A DNA stretch of 64,000 bases from a virus: the IMG/VR virus record IMGVR_UViG_3300026493_000016, positions 32,001-96,000 of that record. One strand, 5' to 3'. The notes beneath the pieces were generated by a model. The model did no database searches and had not been told where the DNA came from. It saw nothing but the letters and a program-made list of their open reading frames with translations. Positions 31,122-42,851 of the stretch are shown one piece after another. The translations under genes and the position numbers were made by a program. Within the stretch, counting starts at the first letter, position 1; each line of letters starts with the position of its first letter.

Positions 31122-31862
31122 TTACTTGAAACATTCTTCAACCTCCACTACCTTAAACCCTAAAGACCTGACAGCTCCCATGTGTTCTACCATTCCTTTA
31201 TCTAAGTGCATACAATACACACGTTGTCGTAAATCTCTATCAGGGATAGCCTCTACTAGGTTAGTTAGCGATAAGTGAACATTCCCTTCGTAGTGTAACC
31301 AGCTCGTATCTTGATAGATGTAATCAAACTTGTTGACAATCGTCGGCTTCTTAACGAACCAAGGTAGTGTACTAGTGTCACCGCTATAATAGATTGTCTT
31401 ATCACCGATTTCGATAACATACCCATAAGATAGAATCTCCTTTACGTGTTTTTGTGGTACCGCTATGAGTTTAATATCATTATAACCTTCGAACTTCATA
31501 TCAATGTTATTATCGAAGTTTCTAGGATGATAATAATCTGTTGTACATCCTGCTTTTTCTAAAACTTCTTTTAGTTTAATGTCGTAAGGTGAGTACACCC
31601 AGATATTCTTTTCTCCCATCACACCCATGTTAAAGTAGTTACGCATGATAAGTGTTCCCAGAGAGCCTACATGGTCGTCATGAGTATGTGTAACAATCAC
31701 GCGGATATTCGTGAACTCATCTAGAATACCGGAGTTGTCCAGTCTGTCAAATGTTACATTACCACAATCAATCAGAATTAACTCTTTTCCATATACAAAG
31801 TAAGCTGCGTTGTTTCCTTCTTTAGAATTAAATGCGCTACCTCTACCAATAAACTTTAACAA
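31122..31862 (-). CDS. metallo-beta-lactamase-fold hydrolase, Apyc1 (anti-Pycsar)-like
   Basis: G.GSAF, IDCG, THTHDDH, YSGDT, VH.SL, MH motifs. Confidence 0.8.
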   Translation of the reverse strand: MLKFIGRGSAFNSKEGNNAAYFVYGKELILIDCGNVTFDRLDNSGILDEFTNIRVIVTHTHDDHVGSLGTLIMRNYFNMGVMGEKNIWVYSPYDIKLKEVLEKAGCTTDYYHPRNFDNNIDMKFEGYNDIKLIAVPQKHVKEILSYGYVIEIGDKTIYYSGDTSTLPWFVKKPTIVNKFDYIYQDTSWLHYEGNVHLSLTNLVEAIPDRDLRQRVYCMHLDKGMVEHMGAVRSLGFKVVEVEECFK

Positions 31863-31873
31863 GCTAATCCCTC

Positions 31874-32866
31874 CTATTTAATTTCGTTGTAAGCTTTAGC
31901 GAATACAGGAATCATAAGAAGTATCGAAATGACTACAGAGATAAGTCCGATTACGATGGCGCTTTGACGTAATGATTCATCATCACTAGTAATAGCTACC
32001 GACATAAACGCGATACTCATAAGACTGATATAGATAATGGATAACGCTGTAGTGATATTCTTTAATAGTTTCATAATTTATCCCCTTTTAAACATAATGT
32101 ATGCAAATGCTACTAACAAACACCACACTAACGGAGGTCCTAGTAGAACTACCGCTAGTACACCTAACCAGAAATCCGGAATAGTGAAACTAATGTCCAT
32201 TACTTATCCTCCCCGAACGCTTTATTTACTGCGAAGCGGAGACCGATTAATTCACACATCCTATCATCGGTATGACCGTGTTCTTCTTGTACATTGTCCC
32301 AGAATTCGAAGTACTCTTCCTTAGTTGCGTTCTCACTTAACCAAATTAGCTTGTCCGCTTGCGCTGGTGTCATTAGTTCTCCTCCTTAATCTCTGCTCGT
32401 AAGAACCACTTCATGTCCGATACGGCTTGTTCGACTTTGTCTAGTTCACCTAGCATACGTTGTACATCCTGTTCTGTATATAGTTGTACTTCCGCCTTAG
32501 CTAGTGCACTGTCAATCTTACTAATCTTCCCTTGAATAAAATCCTGCATTGCCGCTTTCTCCTCTTTCGTATACTTACTCATTATTTACCCTCCTTAGCG
32601 TTATAGATTAACTCAGTAATCTCAGCAACAGTATTCTCTGTTTGAATGTACATTATGCCACCACCCTTCAATAATCTAGTGAGCTACTTACTCTCTTTGT
32701 GTTTCTTAACTTTTAGAGCCACATAAGCCCCGATACCACCTAACAATACGTAGAATAGTAGAGTTGAAATGGATGGGAATAGCTGGATGATAATATTAGC
32801 GACGGTTAACCCTCCTATAATAGCAAGAACACCTACAATAGCTTCCTTAACCTTGTCCGGTAACAC
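31874..32866 (-). CDS. small genes incl. two membrane proteins (31874-32074, 32373-32582, 32684-32866)
   Basis: ORF track; hydrophobic helices. Confidence 0.7.
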
Positions 32867-32932
32867 GTTAACTCCTCCTCTCTTTAACTTACTTTTATTC
32901 TATCACACACCCTATCAATTTGCAAGCACTTT

Positions 32933-33812
32933 TTACATTTTTCCTTCCCTAACTTTTTTAGCCCATGTAGAGATAGTTCCTAGCGGTACACCTGTTAATC
33001 TACTAATTTCTTTGTGTCCGCTGTTTCTAGCTCGCAGTAGCTCGATACACAGGTTTTTATCACCTACTTGTGGTTTTACCCCTCTACTAGACGGTAATGC
33101 TTTATCGCCACCTACCATGCGTCTAAGGTTGCGCAATGCATCTAACTCAATATTCTTTACTGTGTTCTTTGTAACTCGCATTTCACTGGCGATATCAATC
33201 TGCTGTTCGTTATCAAAGTACAGTTTAGAGATAATGTACTTCTCTTTAGAAGGGAGTCTATTAATCAAATCTCGAAGTGCAACTCTATCGTCTACGGGCA
33301 TCTCATTTGAGGTGATAATATCTCCCAGCGTAACTGTATCCGAATTACTATTACTCTTACTCGTCTTAATTTCACGGTCAATATGCATTGGTTCGAATGC
33401 AGGTAACCACGCCATCGCATCTTGTAATTCTTCTATAGAACAATCTAACTCTACCATTAATTCTAGATTTGTCAGATTTGATATCTCCATCTTACGTAAC
33501 TTTAGTACGATAGGCTCTAGTCTGACAGGTATTTTAAATCCTTTTGTGTCTCTCATAAAGTTTTTTTAGTACGCCTTTCATAGACGTTGTTAGATACGTA
33601 ACTAGTTCGAATCCTCTGTTTACATCAAAGGCTTGTACTACTTTAAAGAAGCATTGTGATAGTTCTTGGTACGCGTCATCCTGACTATTCTGGTTTACTT
33701 TATGCTTGTTAATCAGTGACCACATTAGTCCATTGTACTTAATAAACAATACCTCCATTGCATCTTCGTCTCCACCTTGTGCTCGTAAAATTAGTTCTTT
33801 GTTTTTAATCAT
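32933..33812 (-). pseudogene. SigF/SigG-like RNA polymerase sigma factor with extra C-terminal HTH, frameshifted at an A7 run (33561-33567)
   Basis: ELILRAQGGDEDA...DDAYQ...FDVNRGFELVTY in one frame; LRDLINRLPSKEKYII...QIDIASEM..TKNTV in the next; removing one A gives KGVLKNFMRD. Confidence 0.8.
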
Positions 33813-33884
33813 CTGTAACTCCCCCTCGATAACTGATAAGTTAATAGTATCATAGAGCTCAACAAATTGCAACATATTTTTACA

Positions 33885-33911
33885 AAAAAAAAAAGAGGCG
33901 TTAGCCCCTTA
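33885..33911 (-). terminator. intrinsic terminator
   Basis: AAGGGGC-TAAC-GCCTCTT followed by a T run on the - strand. Confidence 0.65.
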
Positions 33912-34960
33912 ATTTTGTTTTACTGTGAAGCGAGTGCTCCCTCCATGATAAATTTTAGCGGATTCGATTCGTTCTTTAATGTCCGCTGACATATTGCTCT
34001 CTTTCATTAGAGCACGTAACTTAGTAGCGTCAATTTTTAGTGCAACTACTTTATTGAAATTGTGAGTAGCAAGAATGTCTCTAACAGCCTTCATGTCGTA
34101 CGTCGTGAAGTTGTTTGTTGAACCTGTCTTCTCTGTATGTGACAATTTAGCCTCAAATCCGTCAATACCCATTACGTTATTCAAGTTGTGCAGTTCCATA
34201 AAGTTCTGGATACGTTTTTTAATCTTATCTTTCTTTGTTTTAGCTGCTGACTCCTCTTTTGCCGCCAAGCTGTAATCTTTAATAGCTTTTTGGATGTCCA
34301 TAGGTACCTTAACTTCATCACTTTTAAACACCGCATGCTTGTCCGTTACGTCAACCCATCCAGAAGTTACGAACTGACGTACAACGTCTTCCATTGTGAA
34401 TTCCTCATTATACACATTTGTTGTAGGCTCTTTAGTTGGGTGATTTACATCGATTGTTACCGTTACTGCTCCGTCACGGTTAACCTCCACAAACACTACC
34501 TCACCAGTTGCAATATTCTTTAACATTGTTTTTTTATTCATATTTTTTTCCTCCTAATAGTCCATTTTTAACTTCCACTAACAAGTTGATAGCTAAATCA
34601 TACTTATAGATAGCCACCTCTGCCCATGCATAATTCTTAGCCACACGCGATAGGTACTCCGCGTTTCTATCCCCACCCTTTTGATTATCCAGCATATCCT
34701 TTCTTCGTTTGTTCTTAGCTTTCATTTCTGATAACTCATAGTGTAAGTGGTCTAGCGCGCTCATATTAACTCGCCCCTTTCATAATATTTAACGCTGCCT
34801 CTAAGTCTTGAATCTTCATCTCATCCATAAACAAGCCATTACGAACACTCTGCCGATGTGGGTGGTTGTCCTCTTCTCGGTTCAACCATAATTTACGGTG
34901 CTTGATTAACTGCTTAAGTCGGGTAATCTCCTGCTCTAAAATATATTGTGCGTGTGTCAT
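33909..34960 (-). CDS. hypothetical genes (33909-34541, 34534-34764, 34766-34960)
   Basis: ORF track. Confidence 0.78.
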
Positions 34961-35676
34961 TTGTATTGCACCACGATGTTACTAACATCCTCTTTAGGTA
35001 CGTAGATATCTACTAATATGTCCTTTCCTTTTAAGATAACCTTACCTGCAATTTTGGTTACATCCGACTCAGTAAGGATAATTCCTGCTTGTAACTCACC
35101 AGATGCTTTCATAGCATTTAGTTTGTCAATTACCTCTTGAGCTGTCTTATTATCTACTTTAGCTACGATTGGTTTACCTGAGTAGGTTACACCACCAGAA
35201 GCCATAGGGTCGTACCCTTCATCAACAACACCGATAGATTTATTTCTTTTAGCGTTAGGGGCAATACCTTTCTCTGAGCGACGAACGACCGCTCTTTCAT
35301 CTAATATATCATACACCGTCTGGTAGTTAACTCCAAACTTCTTAGCGATATCGAGTACAGGTTTACCTACAATGTACAAGTCTGTGATACATTTCTTTTG
35401 GTAATCACTAAGCTCTAGTATACGTTGTGCTGATTCTCGTTTGTAAGGTCTGCGACGCTTTTCAATACCGTTACGACGTAATATACGGTAAACCTTTCCG
35501 GCAGAAAGTTTATGTTCATTCATAATTTTTGTTACATTTTCACCTTCAACATATTTCTTGATAACCGATTCCTCTAACTCTATTGTTAAAGCTTCCTCTG
35601 AACCCCAAGATGCTGTAACAGCACCTTGAATTAACGTTTCTTTCTTAACGTCGTTCTCCATATCAATTACTGCCAT
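34957..35676 (-). CDS. double helix-turn-helix DNA-binding protein
   Basis: KIMNEHKLSAGKVYRILRR and DIAKKFGVNYQTVYDIL. Confidence 0.75.
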   Translation of the reverse strand: MAVIDMENDVKKETLIQGAVTASWGSEEALTIELEESVIKKYVEGENVTKIMNEHKLSAGKVYRILRRNGIEKRRRPYKRESAQRILELSDYQKKCITDLYIVGKPVLDIAKKFGVNYQTVYDILDERAVVRRSEKGIAPNAKRNKSIGVVDEGYDPMASGGVTYSGKPIVAKVDNKTAQEVIDKLNAMKASGELQAGIILTESDVTKIAGKVILKGKDILVDIYVPKEDVSNIVVQYK

Positions 35677-35722
35677 TTCTTTCTCCCCCTATTTTATCTA
35701 TGATAATATGTTAACACGAAAT

Positions 35723-37466
35723 CTATAGTTTGTCAATAGCATTACTCCACGAAATAGTTAATCTGCTCATGTATTGTCTATCACCATCATTAGCATATGC
35801 AGGTGTCACTGTGTAACCCGCTTTTCTAAAACGACGTGTTAGAATCATGTAATGCTGGAAGTTATCAAACATAACTCTAGATACTAGATTCCCTTCGTTC
35901 TTAGTAAAGACTACACTAAATTCACCTTTACTAACAGCTTCCTCGATACTACCTAAAAGATAGTTAACTAGAGAAGCTTCAGTTACGTTATTCCTTTTTA
36001 GTATTTCCAATACCGACCTGTTACGCATGGTATACGCACTCTCTAATCTCCTAACTTGTTCCGGTATTTCTATGCTTCTATTAGTCATTGTCTAACTCCC
36101 CCGTTCCATTACAAGTTTCACAATCCCAGAATGCATCATCTCCGCGGTCTAGACAAACGCCTTTCCCGTCACAGTTCCAACATGTACGTACAGGTATAAC
36201 CTTCTCAACTTTAACTTCCCAATCTTCCAGAGCAGACTCCAAATCTAGCTCTCTCATCATCTCGTTAACATCGTCATCAATCATTTCCTCGATTGATTCT
36301 GGTAACTCATCATCCATAGTTTTAAATTTTAACTTAACTGTAAAGGTTACTTCGCGCTCTCTCATTATTCTGCTCCTCTCAATTCATTCTCTTCGTAGGC
36401 ATAGTTATCTTCCCTAGACAAGTTATAAAGATAGTGACCTTTCTTGTTAGGGTCTAGACTACGATAAACATCTGTAACAAACGCTGTATCGTATTTGCTA
36501 TTTTCTAGAGACTCGTAGTATACTACATCACCAACTTGAAACTTATTCGTCTCCTTCAGTTCTGTAATATCATAAACTTGCATCACAGGTAGTAGAGATA
36601 AATCGTTTATACCAATATTATATATCACCCAGAACGCATCGTCAATAGAAGATTTCATAGTATCATAACTAATCATAGAGACTCTCTGACCTTTAACTGT
36701 GCTGAGCTTAACCATTACATCCCTATTAGAGAATTGTTCGAATCCTCTAATAAACAATACATCCCCATTAACTAGCGCATCTAGTTTATCTTCTAGTGTT
36801 GTAAGCAACTCAAAACTCATAATCTCCCACGCTGTGTCAAAACCAATATCATTAAAATCAACTGCCATTACTTGTCATCTCCCTTTTCTAATGTAATCTT
36901 TTCCCATGATACTAATATATGAGGAGGTGTATCCATACCACCAACTAACTTAGACTCCAGTGCCGGAGTATATTTCATTGAGTACCCCTTATTCTCAAAC
37001 TCTTTAATAATATAATTAAATTCGTCGTACCTGTTGAATAGTGTGAATACCGGAGATAAAACATCGTATTTATCTGCACTTAATAAACATGCTGTATTTC
37101 CGCGTTTGGCTGATTCATCTATCTCCTTTACAATTGATTCCCTAATATCTTTTGCTATACCCGTATCTATTACAGTTCTGTGCAACGTTGATACGGTTCT
37201 CATTGCGTTTGCATGAGGGATGTCTGCGTACATCATACTAACTCCTCCAACTCCTCTAATACAGTTACTTTACTCCAGTCACCTGCACTATGGTATTTAT
37301 CTTTCAAAATACTAACCTCATCTAAGAACTCGCTGTACGTAGCTCCATCTGAGTAGCACCAGTCTAACACACCTTTCAATTCTAGTAGAACACTCGTCTT
37401 GCTCCAATCGCCATACTCGGCATACTTATCGTACACCTTATTAATATCATCTTTAAAGTTAATCAT
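35723..37466 (-). CDS. hypothetical genes (35723-36088; 36081-36365 with CxxCxGxG zinc finger; 36365-36868; 36868-37236; 37233-37466 with internal DKY...GDWSK repeat)
   Basis: ORF track; coupling. Confidence 0.75.
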
Positions 37467-37666
37467 TCTTGTACACCCCTTTAAAATATCTGAACACAAG
37501 TGCTGATACTGCGAAAGATAAGGTAATGACCGCGTTCGTTACTGTTGTCTCTTTAAAAGAAACACCTAAGGAAATCGCACCCATAAACACCGCTGCTGAC
37601 TCTAGTTCTCTAAAAATCTTGTATTTCAATTTATCTCCTCCTTAACTTACTTATATCTTAACATAG

Positions 37667-37693
37667 AAAAAGAGCCCCGTCAAGGACTCTTTT
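37667..37693 (-). terminator. terminator overlapping the -35 of the next promoter
   Basis: AAAAAGAGCC-CCGTCAA-GGACTCTTTT. Confidence 0.55.
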
Positions 37694-37707
37694 AAAAGTT
37701 TTTTCTA

Positions 37708-38403
37708 TTAAATACCGAATGCTTGCATTGCATCTTTAACTCTTCTATCTTCTTCCGTTAAGTCTAAGTTCTCGTAGAATGACTTCTCTGCTAACTCTAG
37801 GTCTGCGAATAAAGCATCATGATGTTCTTCCGGAACGTACTTCATAACCACTTCAGTTAATGCTGATTCCTTTGCTCTTACTTTAATAGACATTTCTTTT
37901 AATGCTGAGATTGATAGACCGCCTAAAGCGTTGTTTGTAATCTTAGCTTTAACTTCCATAGCTTTGATTGCTAGAGGGATATCGATAATATCAAACTCTT
38001 GTAATCCTACAAATGCTTTAGCGATAACTGTATCTAAGAACTCTACATCATTGAATACGTTGTTCACTTTATCAACTGCACCGAAAGGCATTGCTGCTGC
38101 CTGTGATTCTTCATTAAACTCTTGTACTCTCTTATCATTAATATATGTTACATTGTCACGCTGCCTTTTGTCAAGTAAAGAGATTAATGGGACACCTTCT
38201 GTAATAGCTTCTTCACGCTTCTTCTTATAGTTTGTTAGAGAAGATTTACTGATAGAGAATCCTTGGTCCTCACAGAAAGCAATAATGTAGTCATAGGTTC
38301 TACCATCGTCTAGCATATTATCAACCTTAGTTACTAGTTTCTTATTATTATACAGTTGCACCAATACTGAACTTGCTTGTAAATTCTTTTTATCTTTAGT
38401 CAT
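37708..38403 (-). CDS. hypothetical protein with N-terminal HTH-like region
   Basis: YDYII.FC...GFSISKSSLTNYKK. Confidence 0.8.
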   Translation of the reverse strand: MTKDKKNLQASSVLVQLYNNKKLVTKVDNMLDDGRTYDYIIAFCEDQGFSISKSSLTNYKKKREEAITEGVPLISLLDKRQRDNVTYINDKRVQEFNEESQAAAMPFGAVDKVNNVFNDVEFLDTVIAKAFVGLQEFDIIDIPLAIKAMEVKAKITNNALGGLSISALKEMSIKVRAKESALTEVVMKYVPEEHHDALFADLELAEKSFYENLDLTEEDRRVKDAMQAFGI

Positions 38404-38700
38404 CTTAATAGTCTCCTTCTGACCTTAATGGTCTACGTTTTTAGAATATCTTGCATGAATTATATACCTTGAGAATGCTGTCATTACAGCTGTCTTGGCT
38501 TCTACATCTAATATAGCAGATAGGTTACCCTGTTTGGAACGTAAACGTAAATTCATTAAAAAGAACCACTACTTTGTTATGTATTTTAGGGAACTACTAT
38601 GTTTACGATATTGAACAAAATACAGGTCGTACAAGATAATCGTAAACAGAGCAAACAAGACAAAATAAAAAGCCCCACTATATAGTGAGACTTTTTTAAC

Positions 38701-39137
38701 CTAAAACTTCCTAGTTTTAACAGAATTTAATAACTTTTTCCATAAGTCATAGTTAATATGTGTAGCTGTATGAATTACAAGACCGCCAGATAATAGTCCG
38801 AAGAACCCAATACATCCACCAATCCAGATACTAGTATTATCGTATCCATCTCGACTAAACGGGTTTATACTAATCATGTTAACCTCGCCCCCATCTTCAG
38901 CATACGACAATCTAGGTCAGTAGTCTTACGTTCAGCATCTGCGATACGTCTAACCATCTCTAGTTGTTCTTTCTCCTCATTTAACTGTTGTAAGATAGAG
39001 CTAAGGTACAACATCTGGTCACTATTCTCTTGCATTTTAGCTGATAGAGTTGACTGTTCTCTGGATTTTGCACTAAGTCTCAAAATAGTTTTGGTTATCT
39101 CTTGATTCAAATTATCTAGAGTCTCTTTGATTTCCAT
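38701..39137 (-). CDS. small membrane protein (38701-38877) and coiled-coil protein (38874-39137)
   Basis: ORF track. Confidence 0.65.
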
Positions 39138-39139
39138 GA

Positions 39140-40003
39140 TTACACCTCGAAATAAAGAGTAATTGACGTATCTAACTCGTCATTATTTAACTCAATGTAC
39201 TTTTCATTTGTAATTCCGTCTGTATCAACGACGATTTTGTTAACACCTTCCAAGAATAACCCTGTAATTGATGCGGTAGAGTCTTCAGATTCAATGTTAT
39301 ACCCCTCGGAACCAACTCGTTTACGAATACTCATCATCTCTGTACGAGGTTCCATCGTAACTAACGTCGTTGGAGTATCAATCATCATACCTGTGAAGGC
39401 TTTTCCTGTAACATTTTTGCTAGATAATAAATCTAAGAACGTTTTGATGTCTTTAATTGTCGGTTCACCTGTAGATAATAGCCCAATAACGCTATTAAAG
39501 TTAGCATCACCGATGATTAATGTGATTTCTTGGTCAATATTTAGCTCATCGATGAACATTGTGTCCTTAATTTTAACCTCGTACACCTTATACTTATTAA
39601 TTGTGTGAGGTTTGATGACCACATTAGGGTTTTCTAGAGAAACAAACATATCAGCTGTGAATAAACTCATGTGATTTGTAATCTTTTCTTCTAAATGAGG
39701 TTTGTCCATTACATCTCCCTCAGAAATGTACCCCATAACATCACCTTTACCAGAAATTTCGAACATGTTTAACGTTAATTCTAATGCTGGGAAGTCGTTA
39801 TAAGGTAGTCGTAAGAAGAACCCAATGTCAATTCTATTACTATCAATCTTAGTTAGCTCTTTAATGTAGAAGCTGCGAGTGATATGGTTCTTAGCAAAGT
39901 AAGCATTTGTGTAATGAATACCTAAAATCTTCATATCACCGTACGTTAAAATTTGTTTAACTCGGTCCAGTTTAGTTGTTTCTGTAATGATTTCGTTTGT
40001 CAT
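39140..40003 (-). CDS. hypothetical protein
   Basis: long ORF with RBS. Confidence 0.82.
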   Translation of the reverse strand: MTNEIITETTKLDRVKQILTYGDMKILGIHYTNAYFAKNHITRSFYIKELTKIDSNRIDIGFFLRLPYNDFPALELTLNMFEISGKGDVMGYISEGDVMDKPHLEEKITNHMSLFTADMFVSLENPNVVIKPHTINKYKVYEVKIKDTMFIDELNIDQEITLIIGDANFNSVIGLLSTGEPTIKDIKTFLDLLSSKNVTGKAFTGMMIDTPTTLVTMEPRTEMMSIRKRVGSEGYNIESEDSTASITGLFLEGVNKIVVDTDGITNEKYIELNNDELDTSITLYFEV

Positions 40004-42342
40004 GTGCTATCTCCCCTTTGGTTTTCTTAACGAAGGTATCGTTTCTCGTATAAGCTTTACGTTCTCCAGACTCCTTAAGTACTTTAGTCTTATAAACTAT
40101 CATAATACTGCGTCCTCGGAACGTCCTTTGTACCCTTATACTAACCTTACCAAGTATCGTTGTACCTATTTTAACATAGTATACACTATCAAGGCAAGTT
40201 AAAGTTACAACTTCTCCGTTTCTTTTTGGTACTAGCCTGATAATGTCGATACTAGTTCCGGTATGCTTAGCTACTAACTCTAGTGCATACTTCTCTTTAA
40301 ACTCCACATTACGCTCTGTGACGTTCTTAAACTCTTCAATGAACTCTACACGGTAATTACCGGAACTCTTCTTCAGTACGCCTTGCATAGCGTTACGTCC
40401 GTTGTCATTTAACCCGTTCATCCCACGAGCACCTAATCCGCGGGAATGTGAACGAGAATTAAAACTACTCTTCTTCAATTGACATCATATCCACATAAGT
40501 CTTAATCTCTGCATATCCGAAGTCAGTGTACGATTCAACTAAGGCTACCATTTTGTCGTACTCCTCATCCCAACCAGTAATATCACATAGTATCTGCATA
40601 TGGTGTGCTATATGTGAGTACATCATCATATCTCCTGCAACCTTAGCGATAAATTCACGGGTAAAACCGTGGAACGACAAGTCAACTTTCTTTTTACATG
40701 TGTGACACGCTATAGTATAGTTTGTGCTCACTATAACCCTGCCTCCTCAATCTCTTTATCTGACATGGTAACAACACTATCTAGAGTTAAATCTGCCTCT
40801 AGAATATCATCCTCATAAGTTTTCCCTGCTCGGATAAGGTCTTTCACTTCATCAATACTATCTGCTTTAACATAGCAATCAGAACGAATTGTTTCCGTAT
40901 ATTCTACTCGAACCCACTTAGCCATGGAACTCCTCCTTACATGCATCACACTCTTCTTTCGTGTACACTCTCTTCATAATAATAGTTTCATATGGGAATG
41001 TCGACCATAACTCATTCGCGTGTTTAGGGCATAAGGCTTGATGCTGTTTTAATGTTAGTTTTTTCTCATGGACTATATTTGCCGCCACAGTTATTGCTTC
41101 TTTACCGTCAAAGATAACAACGGCTTTCCCTTCGCTGTAGCTCTCTTCGTCGAACGCATGAAGAATGGCTACTTCTGTACCTTTAGGCATATCGACTGCT
41201 CTCATATTATTTTCATCTCGTAAAACAATGGAATTTTGTAATATGTGTGTCTTCTTCACTAGAACGCCTCCGTTGAGCTGATTACAAGTGGTTCTTTCAC
41301 GTTCATCCAACCAATCGCGTACCAGAATGGGACTTTAAAGTACTTACTGTTATACACTTCAACCAACTCGAATCCGAATGTGTGGAAATCTCGTAAAGGC
41401 ACGTCATTAACATCAAACAACATTGTTTGGTTCAATGATACTTCTCCTGCGTAATACTCTTCGATGTCCTCTTGGTCTATTCCGCATTCTTCTTTATAGA
41501 ATCGCATAGCCTCGTCTTCATCACGAGCTGCTACATGGTCGCAGTCATTCATTTTGTATACACGGAACATACGTGTATCTCTCGGTACGTTATTGTCAAC
41601 TAGTTTCATACCGACTGCTGCAAACTGGTCCTGTAGCACTTCAATGTCTACGTAGTTATACGCATACCCTGTTTTATTAACAAAGTCGTTGTATACCTCT
41701 ACCATTAATGTTGTATCGGAACCACAACCACCTACTGTAACTGCATGTTTACGTTCTGTCATATTAGTTTTCCTCCTTAAAGTTTATACGCCCAGATTCT
41801 GTTCCATTTAAGTTAACCTCTTTTAACTCACCGTTAATAGGTATAAAAAGTCTAGTCATGTAAACCTTTCCGTCTTGCACGTATTTCAGCAAGAAGTTAG
41901 TAATTGACATATCGTTATACTTAGCGAGGTCTTTGATTACTGCTGATGAATTCTTAAAAGTTGTAGCACCAACACCGATATCTAGGTATTCGAAGATGTC
42001 TACATACCATCCGTTTAGGATAGCTTCATCGTCGTCATTTAAGTCATCTTCTAACCAGCACAACATGTCATGACCATTGACTGTAGCTGTATGTCTAGGG
42101 ACCCCTAAATTACTTCCTACAGGATTACTCCATCCAGCATCTTTCCAGTTACTATCGTCAATACACATATCATTTACTAGTTTAGCATAGTCAGCCGGAG
42201 TTAATGATGCTACTTTAACTTCTTTTGTGTGGCTGATAAACTTTAGATGTGTTACTGGTTTGATACCTAGTCGGTAAAATTGCTCCTCGATGTCTCCGAT
42301 TGTAAATACCTCAATTTGCCCTACAACTTCTAACTTATCCAT
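39972..42342 (-). CDS. hypothetical genes (39972-40478, 40465-40731, 40731-40925, 40918-41310, 41259-41762, 41764-42342)
   Basis: ORF track; coupling. Confidence 0.72.
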
Positions 42343-42634
42343 TAATTTTATCCTCCCATTTGTTTAGTTTCTGATTAAACATAGCATTGAATCTAGCGTC
42401 ACTCACATTATATCGATGTAATAGTGACTCTACTACCATACTTACATCTACCAATTCTTCGATAACATCATCTCTGCCTTTAGCTTTGTACTCGCACCCT
42501 TGAGCTCCTTTGAAAGATAGTATTGCCTGAGCTACCTCGCCAACTTCCTCCATAAGCTTTAACACAATTTCCTCAGATGTTTTCGTGTTCATTTCACATA
42601 GACGGTCTAATTTAACCCTATCTAATGTTGTCAT
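42335..42634 (-). CDS. MazG-like nucleotide pyrophosphohydrolase
   Basis: KLMEEVGEVAQA...EELVDV. Confidence 0.8.
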   Translation of the reverse strand: MTTLDRVKLDRLCEMNTKTSEEIVLKLMEEVGEVAQAILSFKGAQGCEYKAKGRDDVIEELVDVSMVVESLLHRYNVSDARFNAMFNQKLNKWEDKING

Positions 42635-42851
42635 GTTATCTCCTCCTTAACTAACTCTATCTTACCATATTCTCTTTTGTTTGTAAACTACTAATTTAAA
42701 TAATTCCAAAAATAGATAGAACTACGAGTATTAATATACCTACAGGGAATCCTACAAGAACCATTACAATACATTTACCCATCTCTTGAAACACCATATG
42801 CTGCCGCTCTATCAGTTCAATGTCCTTCTTTGTTCTAAACATAGTAACCTC

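Noticed and set aside
32769-33569. 266-aa + strand ORF
   Set aside because: Antisense shadow of the sigma factor; no RBS and atypical composition.
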